Virus record (IMG/VR): IMGVR_UViG_3300010400_000020
Span: 1 to 37,490 of that record
Length of the DNA stretch: 37,490 nt
Direction: 5' to 3' (one strand)
From: a virus
Both the position numbers and the translations under genes were made by a program. Of the stretch, positions 14,603-22,545 are shown piece after piece. The notes under the pieces were generated by a model that worked only from the letters and a program-made list of their open reading frames with translations, searched no databases and had not been told where the DNA came from. The number at the start of each line of letters is the position of its first letter. The first letter of the stretch is position 1.

Positions 14603-15453
14603 TATCCTACCCTTGTTCCTGATATTCTTGCGTTTGTTGGACAAGTTGTAGATGAATAAGTATTATTCACTACACAATAATAAGTTGTGCTGCCAGATAA
14701 AGTAACTCTAAATGCTGGAACACATCCAGATGCAGCGCCTAACGTAAGTTGATTAATTATAGTTTTTTGATCTCCAAAATTTCCTTCAACTGTATTGTCT
14801 GTAGTAGAAATACTCACTACCTGTTGTTGCATTACTACTGTTCCGCCCGCTGGCAATGAGGTCGCTATAGCTGTTACATCCCAAATTCCTGCGGTTAACG
14901 TAATACTAGCTATTGTTTTTGCAGCTCCAGAAGTAGTTGCGACACTTGTAGCAGCAGATGATATTGTTTGACCAATGAATCCAGCTGGAGGTGCTGTATT
15001 GGTATTGTTCCCTTTCATCTGAACGCCAGTAGTCAACACACTAAAATTAGTAGTATCAATTGATGGCACACCAGAAGAACTTGTTGTTAGAACACCGCTA
15101 TTGGCTGTAGCTAGGGCAGCCATCACGTTAGCAGAAGAAGCATAAAGAAGAGTACTTACAGCATTAGTGTTGGGATAAGTAGAAGTAGTAGCAACCCAGT
15201 TTGTTCCGTCTGCTCTCAAAAGAGTTCCAGTGCTTGTAGCAGTGGACGGAAAAGTAGATGTTGAATAAGTAGGGTCTGCTCCAGTATTTGCTTGTAAAAC
15301 TTGTCCTGTGGATCCTACAGATGTCGAAGCAACTGCATTGGCAGCCCCTCCAACTAATACCCCATGTTGGGTAACAGTAGATCCAGTAAAAGCAGTACCC
15401 GTGAACGTTTGTATGCCTGTTGATGTAGCATTGACTGCATTTCCTGCTGGCAT
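14602..15453 (-). CDS. Tail fibre protein
   Basis: 283 aa with AGGAG SD upstream. T/S/G/A/N-rich with fibre-type motifs (GQVLQANTGADPTYST, LLRADGTNWVATT). Confidence 0.6.
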   Translation of the reverse strand: MPAGNAVNATSTGIQTFTGTAFTGSTVTQHGVLVGGAANAVASTSVGSTGQVLQANTGADPTYSTSTFPSTATSTGTLLRADGTNWVATTSTYPNTNAVSTLLYASSANVMAALATANSGVLTTSSSGVPSIDTTNFSVLTTGVQMKGNNTNTAPPAGFIGQTISSAATSVATTSGAAKTIASITLTAGIWDVTAIATSLPAGGTVVMQQQVVSISTTDNTVEGNFGDQKTIINQLTLGAASGCVPAFRVTLSGSTTYYCVVNNTYSSTTCPTNARISGTRVG

Positions 15454-15471
15454 TTTTTATTCTCCTAATTT

Positions 15472-16434
15472 TTACGCAAGAGTCCAGTTTCCCACAACAG
15501 ACACGGCTCTCCAAGATACTGCTGTAGCATCGAATCTAAGAGTCAAAGAATCTCCAATAGCGGTACTAGTCGCTGTTCCAGCGGATGAACTTACGGCAGA
15601 TCCTATACGTATTGTTTGCCCTGTATTTCCAGTAACTACAAGAGCTCCGGCGGTGGTACAATAGTATATTACAAGATCTCCATCTGTTACGCCACCTGTA
15701 GCCGGTAAAGTCCTGGTTACTGCAGCCGTTACAAATTCACCACTATTTAAAACGCTAGTTGCACTCGCTCCAACTTGTGAAAATGGAGGACTTTTAACAG
15801 TAAGAGTTGATCCAGATCCAGAAGTTTTGCTTCCAGATCTTCCTAAAATATTCCAATTCCCAGCTGTAGGGCTTAAAGCGCCTCCGGAGTCACCAGTTAT
15901 TGTGTTGCCTATCCCTGTACCGCTAGTAGATACAAAACCGTTTGCATCGACCGTAAACTGCGTTGAATTGAAATTTGCTAGTCCAGTCTTTGTGATATCT
16001 GTTGCTGCAAGAGCTGAAGCTACTTGAACATCAATTGAAAAGCTACTTGCGCCATTTTTATTTGTGAATACAGATTTGGAGTGTGTGGCATTAGCAACAG
16101 TATTTCCGGTAGCGGTGATATTTTCAGGAGAGCCAGAAGGAACAATAGTTTGTGCTCCATCTAATGTTACTTGCTCAACAGCTACTGAACCACCAGCAAG
16201 ATCTAGGGTTATATTTGGAGCAGAATATCCAATGGAAATTGTTCCTAACGGAGAGGTTAATGTACCAACGCGAATTCTTGGAGTTGAGGCAGAACCAATT
16301 AGCAACTGACCATTAGAAACCATTTGTGGAGTACCAGAAACTAAAGAACTCCCAGTGAAATCCACATTTGTTGCATAAAGTGTACCTCCTCCTGATCCAC
16401 CTTGCGATGGAGGATCACTATCAAAACCTGGCAT
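15472..16434 (-). CDS. Tail fibre protein
   Basis: 320 aa. GQLLIGSASTPRIRVGTLTS and GLANFNSTQFTVDANGFVS are motifs common in phage fibre shafts. Confidence 0.6.
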   Translation of the reverse strand: MPGFDSDPPSQGGSGGGTLYATNVDFTGSSLVSGTPQMVSNGQLLIGSASTPRIRVGTLTSPLGTISIGYSAPNITLDLAGGSVAVEQVTLDGAQTIVPSGSPENITATGNTVANATHSKSVFTNKNGASSFSIDVQVASALAATDITKTGLANFNSTQFTVDANGFVSTSGTGIGNTITGDSGGALSPTAGNWNILGRSGSKTSGSGSTLTVKSPPFSQVGASATSVLNSGEFVTAAVTRTLPATGGVTDGDLVIYYCTTAGALVVTGNTGQTIRIGSAVSSSAGTATSTAIGDSLTLRFDATAVSWRAVSVVGNWTLA

Positions 16435-16441
16435 AATTTAC

Positions 16442-17008
16442 CTATGATGCGAATGTATAAACTAAAAATCCTGTCCAATCTATAACAAAACCGGCTGCTC
16501 CATCCGATTTACCAGTAACTTGTACTATAGCATTATTTGCACTAACTATTATTGCAGCATCTACAGTGGGCACTGTATCCAATCCTGCTTCTTCGAAATG
16601 GTCAATTTGTTGATTGGGTATTAAAGTAGCAGTAGCTCCATCTGTTCTAACTGAACCTACAATCGTAAAACCACAACCTAATGGTGATCCAATACCTGTT
16701 TTAGCAAAACCTGCAACGGTGACATCAAAAGTATATACGCCTGGAGTTGCGCCTAAAGGAAAAGAAATCAAAGTGGCATTTACTGCTCCTGTAGTTGTTA
16801 CCGCACCGCTTACTTCTTTGGGATTTACCGTAATTGTAATTGTGCTACCAGCGCCGGATGTCATTATACCCTGTGTACCACCACCTGGGGTTACAACATT
16901 TAAAACATTGGCTGCTGGAACCGCTGTTCCAGAGTCTGTAACAAATGATGTAGGAACTGTTGGTGGAACTGGACCCGAAGTTGAAGAAACTATTCCTGCT
17001 TGGCTCAT
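16442..17008 (-). CDS. Tail fibre-like protein
   Basis: 188 aa; T/G/V-rich, beta-rich composition. Overlapping stop/start with the upstream gene. Confidence 0.5.
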   Translation of the reverse strand: MSQAGIVSSTSGPVPPTVPTSFVTDSGTAVPAANVLNVVTPGGGTQGIMTSGAGSTITITVNPKEVSGAVTTTGAVNATLISFPLGATPGVYTFDVTVAGFAKTGIGSPLGCGFTIVGSVRTDGATATLIPNQQIDHFEEAGLDTVPTVDAAIIVSANNAIVQVTGKSDGAAGFVIDWTGFLVYTFAS

Positions 17009-17340
17009 TAACTTACCACCAGATATTGAACAACTAAATACACACTACCAGTTCCTGCGCTACCTTTTACTTGTATTTGAGTTCCTTGTGGCAATGCCGG
17101 CATCGCGCTAACTTGTCCTACTTTACCTTCATCATAAAGCCAGAATGAACCCGCTGGTGCTACATCCATGTCGTTTATACCATCTGTGGAGATGGTCACT
17201 AAAACTGTTGAATTATTAACAAGTTTAACAATATAGCCAGCATGAGCTAAAGGAGTCCCTAAATTCTGATAACTTCCAGTGAAAGTAGCAGAATCTATGC
17301 TTCTGAGAGTTTCCCAGGCTATTCTTTGCGTATAACCCAT
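17008..17340 (-). CDS. Small beta-rich virion or fibre-associated protein
   Basis: 110 aa with AAGGAG SD upstream. Lies within the fibre cluster. Confidence 0.45.
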   Translation of the reverse strand: MGYTQRIAWETLRSIDSATFTGSYQNLGTPLAHAGYIVKLVNNSTVLVTISTDGINDMDVAPAGSFWLYDEGKVGQVSAMPALPQGTQIQVKGSAGTGSVYLVVQYLVVS

Positions 17341-17348
17341 ATAGCTCC

Positions 17349-17567
17349 TTATTCGGGTTTATTTTCCTCTACCACTTCAGAACAATTTTTTTCTTCAGAA
17401 GCTTTTAGTTCAGCTGCCTTTAAAACTGCTTCTTCAACCTGTTCTAGATGTTTTATAAACACGTTCAAGCAATCTTTTGCTTCAGTGATAGGAGAATCAC
17501 AGTCACATAAAAAGTGATATGTTCTTTCTCCTATTACACACTCCATTCTGGAGATGTTTTTTATCAT
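17349..17567 (-). CDS. Small acidic protein (possible fibre assembly chaperone)
   Basis: 72 aa. Directly downstream of the 895-aa fibre gene. Acidic C-terminus. The chaperone call is inferred from position only. Confidence 0.35.
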   Translation of the reverse strand: MIKNISRMECVIGERTYHFLCDCDSPITEAKDCLNVFIKHLEQVEEAVLKAAELKASEEKNCSEVVEENKPE

Positions 17568-17580
17568 ATTAATAATTCCT

Positions 17581-20268
17581 TTAACTTATCACCCAGAATG
17601 TAATTAATACGTTATCACCAGCACCTAAAGCTCCAGATCCATTGTTCTTAGTATTAACGATGAACGAACCTGCTGCTTGTGTTACTCCTACTAATGACAT
17701 CTGAGCATTATTTGTAGATGCATTCAAGTTTGATACAGTACAAATAATTCCTGAAGTTGTCAACACTGTACTATTGGTAACAGTGAAGGCTTGTGTTCCT
17801 GCAGCAGCAGTTGTAAATCCAGTAAAGGTTGCAACCCCTGCACGATTATTCATGGTTACTGAAGCAGTTGGGCTAGCAGTTGAGCTTGTAGCTGGCACCA
17901 TTTGAACGTTACCAGCAGCATTTAATTTAAGACCTGTAGCACCTGTCCCTGCTTGTAGAGTTAAACTTGCAGCTCCTGTTGTAGAACCAAGAGTGACTAC
18001 GTTTGCAACAGCTCCATCAGCAATGTGAACTGTTTTAACTCCAGTTCCACCAGTTGCTAAGTTAACGGTTTGAGCACCCGTACCACCACCAATAGTGATT
18101 GTTCCAGTTTGTAAGCCAGAACCACCAATAGTGATTGTTCCAGTTGTCATTGCGTCACCGATAGTCACACTACCAGCAGTTTGTGTATTACCAATTGCGA
18201 TTACGTTAGCGCCAGTACCACCGATAGAAATTGTTTTAACAACTGCTGCTCCAGTACCAATGCTAATAGTTGTAGCAGAAGCATCTGTTGAGATACCCAA
18301 GGCGCCTGTTCCAGAGTTGATTGTTAATGCACCGTTTGTGGCGGTTACATTCAATGCTCCCGAACCGGATTGAACAGTAGTAGCAGAGGTAGTATTGGTC
18401 GATCCAAGTGTTACGGCCTTCACACCAGCACCAGTACCTAGATTTACAGTATTGTTCGTTGCATCACTACTTACAGAAACAGTTCCTGTTCCAGAATTTG
18501 CAGTAATTGCACCGTTAGTAGCTGTAATTGCTAAAGTTCCAGATCCGCTTTGCACGGTTGTGGATGAAGTTGTGTTAGTAGATCCTAAAGTTACTACTTT
18601 AACTCCAGCACCAGTACCTAAGTTCACTGTGTTATTTGTTGCATCAGTTGAAACCCCTACAGTTCCGGTTCCTGAATTGATAGTCAAAGCACCGTTGGTA
18701 GAAGTTATGTTTAATGCTCCGCTACCAGACTGAACAGTTGTAGCAGATGTTGTGTTAGTTGATCCAAATGTCGCTGTTTTTGCTCCGGCACCTGTTGCTA
18801 AGTTAACTGTAGTCGCAGCTGCATCTGTAGAAATTCCGATAGTTCCTGTTCCGGAATTCAAAGTGAATGCAGCATTCGTTGCAGTAAATGTTAAACCACC
18901 AGAACCAGATTGAATTGTAGTTGCAGATGTTGTGTTGGTAGAACCTATTGTTAGTATGTTAGCTCCAGCACCTGTAGCGATATTTACGGTCTTGCCACCT
19001 GTAGAATTAGCTACGTTGATAGTTTGAGCGCCAGTTCCTCCTGCAATTGTCATTAATCCTGTATTAGCACCCGTACCACCGAAATTGATAGTTCCGGAAG
19101 TAGTTGAAGGAGCGAATGTATATGCAGAAGTAGCCGCACCATCCAAACTGAAGTTACCAGTACCTACAAGCATAGATATGGAAGCTGCACCAGTTACAGA
19201 ACCAATTGTTGTTACATGAGCTGCAGCACCAGTTGCTAAATTTAATGCCCCTGCTCTAGTACCAGTCAATACGTTTAATGTTTGTGTTCCTGCAGTACCA
19301 TTTCCAGAAAGGATATTAACTGTGGAATTTGCTCCAGAAGCTCCGGCATTGATGTTAGTTACGTTGGCAGCAGCATTAGCACCGTTATTTATCGATACTG
19401 TATTTCCGCCAGCTGTTCCGTTAGCAACGTTAACAGTCGTGGTTCCTGCTCCAGCACCAATTGCAACAATGTTCGTTCCAGAAGAACTTCCTAAAGTGAT
19501 TGTTCCAGTTTGAGCTGTACCACCAATTGTAATAGTTCCTGTTGTGGTAGAAGCACCAACTGCATAAGTAGATGCTGTCGCACCATCTAAGCTAAAGTTT
19601 CCGGTTCCTACCTTTAAAGTCATTGCTGCAGCACCAGTTGTAGATCCAATATTCACAAGATGTCCCGCTGCAGAATCAGCAATATGAACTGTTCTAGCAG
19701 AAGTTCCGGTAGCGAGGCTAACGGCATCTGGTGAGTTATCAGTTCCTAAATTAAGAGCAGTTCCTGCTGTGTTAATTGTCGCACTAGCACTTCCAGTATA
19801 CAATCCACTTGAAGAAAGTGTTGTAAAGGCACCAGAACCAGCAACTGTATTACCAATTGACGGAGGAGAAGAAAACACAGCTGGTAAGTTCGAAGGAATT
19901 ATGAATGTGTTTGTGCTTACAAGTCCTGCAATTGCCTGAGCATTCGTTGCTAAGAACCCAATACCTTTTACTACTGTCGTAGCATCAGGAGCGCCTGCAA
20001 TAGCTAAATTGTCAGCATAGAATTTTGTGGCAACTGGCTGGTTGTTATCCGTTAAAATTACAGTTCCATAAGTTGTAGTAGTTGCGGGATCTGCTCCAGC
20101 TACTGCCCAACTCGATCCATTATAAACATATCCATTAGGAGGTGAAGTCGAGGTATCGAAATATTGTTGTCCCAATTGTCCTATAAAAGATGCTGGTGGG
20201 GGACCATTTCCAGAGACTGCTGCTTGTGGTACTGAAACTAATCCGCCTATTCCGTAAGCTAGAGGCAT
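17581..20268 (-). CDS. Large tail fibre with an internally repetitive beta-helix-like shaft
   Basis: 895 aa with AGGAG SD upstream. Extreme T/G/A/S/N composition. Four tandem 60-aa repeats plus three copies of a longer ...LATG...V..IGS.TGAAS..L..GTGNFSLDGA... unit. Confidence 0.75.
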   Translation of the reverse strand: MPLAYGIGGLVSVPQAAVSGNGPPPASFIGQLGQQYFDTSTSPPNGYVYNGSSWAVAGADPATTTTYGTVILTDNNQPVATKFYADNLAIAGAPDATTVVKGIGFLATNAQAIAGLVSTNTFIIPSNLPAVFSSPPSIGNTVAGSGAFTTLSSSGLYTGSASATINTAGTALNLGTDNSPDAVSLATGTSARTVHIADSAAGHLVNIGSTTGAAAMTLKVGTGNFSLDGATASTYAVGASTTTGTITIGGTAQTGTITLGSSSGTNIVAIGAGAGTTTVNVANGTAGGNTVSINNGANAAANVTNINAGASGANSTVNILSGNGTAGTQTLNVLTGTRAGALNLATGAAAHVTTIGSVTGAASISMLVGTGNFSLDGAATSAYTFAPSTTSGTINFGGTGANTGLMTIAGGTGAQTINVANSTGGKTVNIATGAGANILTIGSTNTTSATTIQSGSGGLTFTATNAAFTLNSGTGTIGISTDAAATTVNLATGAGAKTATFGSTNTTSATTVQSGSGALNITSTNGALTINSGTGTVGVSTDATNNTVNLGTGAGVKVVTLGSTNTTSSTTVQSGSGTLAITATNGAITANSGTGTVSVSSDATNNTVNLGTGAGVKAVTLGSTNTTSATTVQSGSGALNVTATNGALTINSGTGALGISTDASATTISIGTGAAVVKTISIGGTGANVIAIGNTQTAGSVTIGDAMTTGTITIGGSGLQTGTITIGGGTGAQTVNLATGGTGVKTVHIADGAVANVVTLGSTTGAASLTLQAGTGATGLKLNAAGNVQMVPATSSTASPTASVTMNNRAGVATFTGFTTAAAGTQAFTVTNSTVLTTSGIICTVSNLNASTNNAQMSLVGVTQAAGSFIVNTKNNGSGALGAGDNVLITFWVIS
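18271..18990 (-). repeat. 4 x 180-bp in-frame tandem repeat inside the 895-aa fibre gene (aa 427-666)
   Basis: Protein units of the form TVN[IL][AG]TGAG.K..T.GSTNTTS.TT[IV]QSGSG.L..T.TN.A.T.NSGTG..G.S.DA...T occur four times, each 60 aa long. Coordinates were computed from residue numbers. Confidence 0.8.
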
Positions 20269-20287
20269 ATGAACTCCTGTTAAAATT

Positions 20288-20322
20288 AAATTTCACATTA
20301 AATTAAAATTTTAAATTTCACA
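20288..20322. repeat. Direct repeat AAATTTCACA x2 (25-bp spacing) in the divergent fibre / plus-strand intergenic region
   Basis: Read directly at 20288..20297 and 20313..20322, each preceded by TTAAAATT. Confidence 0.35.
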
Positions 20323-20346
20323 AAGGAAATTTTATAAGCGTGATAA

Positions 20347-20592
20347 ATGTTGAACTTTTCTAAGTTTCTGTGGTATTCTATGATCATGAAAGATGAGATT
20401 TTGACCGTTGATCAATTTGCTCTACGCATAAATTCCACGCGAAAAACCGTGATTAGATTGATAAAAGAAGGTAAAATACTAGCGTTTAGACTATCAGATG
20501 GATCTAGAAGCCCATACAGGATAAAAGAATCTGAAATAGAGAGACTTATTTGTTTTGAGCTTCAGAAAGATTACGAAAGAAAGGAGAAATGA
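20347..20592 (+). CDS. Excisionase/MerR-family HTH DNA-binding protein. The true start may be ATG 20386.
   Basis: LTVDQFALRINSTRKTVIRLIKEGKILAFRL...YRIKESEIERLI fits the excisionase-family HTH_17 pattern. I recognise no integrase anywhere in the genome. Confidence 0.6.
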   Translation: MLNFSKFLWYSMIMKDEILTVDQFALRINSTRKTVIRLIKEGKILAFRLSDGSRSPYRIKESEIERLICFELQKDYERKEK

Positions 20593-20813
20593 TGGGATGG
20601 GAACAGATATTAACTGTTTTTGCAGTTATAGCTACAAATTTGGGAACAGTAATCGCTCTATACATACATACAGATAAGAAGTTGGATGAATATAGAAAAG
20701 AAACTAATGATATTTTGAAAGGAATTCAAAATCAAATCATTGCTATTCACAATGAGATGAAAGATTTTCATGGAAGATTGTGTGCTATAGAAGAAAGAAA
20801 TAAAAAACAATGA
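20589..20813 (+). CDS. Small bitopic membrane protein, paralog C (TM plus coiled coil)
   Basis: 74 aa. MMGWEQILTVFAVIATNLGTVIALYI TM segment. C-terminal IAIHNEMKDFHGRLCAIEERNK is near-identical to paralog A. Confidence 0.7.
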   Translation: MMGWEQILTVFAVIATNLGTVIALYIHTDKKLDEYRKETNDILKGIQNQIIAIHNEMKDFHGRLCAIEERNKKQ

Positions 20814-20875
20814 TTTCAGGAATTTTCTCAGGCATATTAGCTGCTATTTTAATGATGCTTGTTATAGATGAATGA
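20810..20875 (+). CDS. 21-codon hydrophobic micro-ORF MISGIFSGILAAILMMLVIDE (ATGA overlap with the upstream stop)
   Basis: Found by hand. Same length and same MISG...IDE termini as the micro-ORF at 21053. Confidence 0.45.
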   Translation: MISGIFSGILAAILMMLVIDE

Positions 20876-20891
20876 TTATAGGAGTGAAAAA

Positions 20892-21053
20892 ATGAATGAA
20901 ACATGGATACAAACAATTTCAATCATAGTAACAGTATTGGCTTCTGCTTACTATATTCATAGAGACCTCTCAAATGACATGAAAGTGCAAAGCTCTAGGA
21001 CTGATAAATTATATGAAATGTTTATCGATTTATTGAAAGAAGGAAGAAAGTAA
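20892..21053 (+). CDS. Small bitopic membrane protein, paralog D
   Basis: Track ORF is 20868..21053. The likely start is ATG 20892 (MNETWIQTISIIVTVLASAYYI), preceded by AGGAG. The W-x-Q plus TM N-terminus resembles paralogs A and C. Confidence 0.6.
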   Translation: MNETWIQTISIIVTVLASAYYIHRDLSNDMKVQSSRTDKLYEMFIDLLKEGRK

Positions 21054-21118
21054 TGATATCAGGATTTTTTATAGGGTTTTTTGGAAGCATTGGATTGTTA
21101 TTTTTTATTGACGAATGA
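21053..21118 (+). CDS. 21-codon hydrophobic micro-ORF MISGFFIGFFGSIGLLFFIDE (TAATG overlap with the upstream stop)
   Basis: Found by hand. Paralog of the micro-ORF at 20810. Confidence 0.45.
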   Translation: MISGFFIGFFGSIGLLFFIDE

Positions 21119-21134
21119 TTGTTAGGAGGGACAA

Positions 21135-21197
21135 ATGATAGAGAAAATATTTATAGGTTTATTTTTTGCAATAGTGGTAAAATTAATAACTGACTAG
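21135..21197 (+). CDS. 20-codon hydrophobic micro-ORF MIEKIFIGLFFAIVVKLITD
   Basis: Found by hand. A strong AGGAGG SD lies 6-7 nt upstream. Confidence 0.4.
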   Translation: MIEKIFIGLFFAIVVKLITD

Positions 21198-21200
21198 AAA

Positions 21201-21290
21201 ATGCTTCAGTTTTTAATTGTTTCAGCCATTATATTTTTCGTTTCAGTTATTTTGTTTCCTATTCAAGAAGATCATCCTTGGGCAGGATAG
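21201..21290 (+). CDS. Possible 29-codon hydrophobic micro-ORF MLQFLIVSAIIFFVSVILFPIQEDHPWAG
   Basis: Found by hand. No SD, and it overlaps the 3' end of the convergent ORF 21259..22545 by 32 nt. Confidence 0.2.
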   Translation: MLQFLIVSAIIFFVSVILFPIQEDHPWAG

Positions 21291-22545
21291 CCTTATCTAA
21301 GGCTTTTAAATTCTTAGTCGTAGAAGAAACATTTCCTGCAGATGCGTCTTTAAGAACATTTAAATAATACTTCCTAAGTGTAGGGCTATTCATAACCCTA
21401 TTTAATATTTTTATCCCTTGATAAATTCCAATTCCTCCTGTGGCAGCAGCGGCAGATAGTGGACTTAAAGACCCTAAAGATCCCACAGCTACCATAGGAG
21501 CATAAGAAAAAAGCGCCTGTACTGCTTTGCTTTGAGGGCTATACGGAATTTTATCCTTAACAAAATTGGCAATCAAATTGCTTTTTTGCATAGCTGCGTA
21601 AGCTTCATTTGCGGACCTATTAAATTTTAGAAACTCTGGATTAAATTTTTCTCCATATTGGTCTAATGTCTTAATTACTTCCGATTTAACTTGATTTAGG
21701 TTCCTAATAGCCTGAGGTTTCAATTTTTTTGGAACTTCCAATTGGAACCCACCTAACTCTTCAATTGCTTCGTTTATAGATGGCCTATAAGCTGCTAAAC
21801 GCTTAACGTCTACTTTTCCATTTTTAATCTCATTTCGTATTTCACTTATCTTTTCCAAAGATTTTTTTGTAGTAGATCTAGCGCCACCTGCAGATAAGTT
21901 GTGTTCTAAATTGTTTAAGGCGGCTTCCAAACTAGATGCAGGTACAGAAACTCCTTTAGGCAAAGATTCATCGGCTTTCTTAAATAAAGACTCCACAAAT
22001 TTTTTCGAACCACCTGATCTTCTAGAAATCAAGTCTAAAGCAATCATAGACCCTATTTTCCCGTATGCTTGAGACTTTTCAGAACCATTTTTATACTTTA
22101 TTCCTTCTTTTATCAAACTTCCTACAACTGGAATTCCAATATTTCTTGCAAAACTATAATGCCCTGATCCTGGAATTGCCATTGAAGCTACATCAGAAGC
22201 TATTTCTCCTATAGATTCTTCAAATTCTGTTTTAGGTTTTGTGTATCCTAAGGATGCCTTTTCACTAAGATTTCTTAATTTTTGTGATGTGGGTAAAACG
22301 TTTTGTTCTTTTCCAAATAATCCACTGACTACTGAAGCAATATCGCCTGGAGCGCCTGCAACAGCTTCTAACATTCTAGAAGTAATCTGCGCTTGAGCTC
22401 TTTCGATTTCTCTTTCATCTTCCTCAAGACTAGAAAATTCTTTTTCTTCAGAACGATTAGGTTGAGATTTTAATTTCAAACTTTTTGGTAGTTCTGAATT
22501 AATGCTTTGAGCAGGCTTTAATCTCAAGCTAGATGGAAGAGTCAT
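21259..22545 (-). CDS. Internal virion / ejection-type protein (assigned by position)
   Basis: 428 aa. Last gene of the late block before the fibre region. ATGA overlap with the upstream gene. Helical, K/S/A-rich, with a hydrophobic C-terminal segment (APMVAVGSLGSLSPLSAAAATGGIGIY). Confidence 0.4.
   Translation of the reverse strand: MTLPSSLRLKPAQSINSELPKSLKLKSQPNRSEEKEFSSLEEDEREIERAQAQITSRMLEAVAGAPGDIASVVSGLFGKEQNVLPTSQKLRNLSEKASLGYTKPKTEFEESIGEIASDVASMAIPGSGHYSFARNIGIPVVGSLIKEGIKYKNGSEKSQAYGKIGSMIALDLISRRSGGSKKFVESLFKKADESLPKGVSVPASSLEAALNNLEHNLSAGGARSTTKKSLEKISEIRNEIKNGKVDVKRLAAYRPSINEAIEELGGFQLEVPKKLKPQAIRNLNQVKSEVIKTLDQYGEKFNPEFLKFNRSANEAYAAMQKSNLIANFVKDKIPYSPQSKAVQALFSYAPMVAVGSLGSLSPLSAAAATGGIGIYQGIKILNRVMNSPTLRKYYLNVLKDASAGNVSSTTKNLKALDKAILPKDDLLE

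Noticed and set aside
18271-18990. A regularly spaced repeat array that could be mistaken for a CRISPR or satellite.
   Set aside because: The units are contiguous 180-bp in-frame coding repeats with no spacers, inside an 895-aa ORF. No cas genes are present.
14103-19513. Many long ORFs on the strand opposite the fibre genes, or in alternative frames. Examples: 14103..14417 +, 15164..15514 -, 15308..15664 +, 15827..16027 +, 16064..16309 +, 16614..17111 +, 18095..18373 +, 18395..18733 +, 19282..19513 +.
   Set aside because: They are fully embedded in much longer, SD-preceded fibre ORFs. Their V/P/A-rich products mirror the T/G/A-rich codons on the other strand, so they are compositional shadow ORFs.
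13802-20268. A diversity-generating retroelement or an invertible-segment system acting on the fibre genes.
   Set aside because: No reverse transcriptase, no template/variable repeat pair, no invertase, and no flanking inverted repeats were seen.
20810-21197. Micro-ORFs as o-spanins (Rz1-like) partnered with the TM/coiled-coil proteins as i-spanins.
   Set aside because: None of the 20-21-aa peptides contains a cysteine or lipobox. They are almost entirely hydrophobic, unlike outer-membrane lipoprotein spanins.
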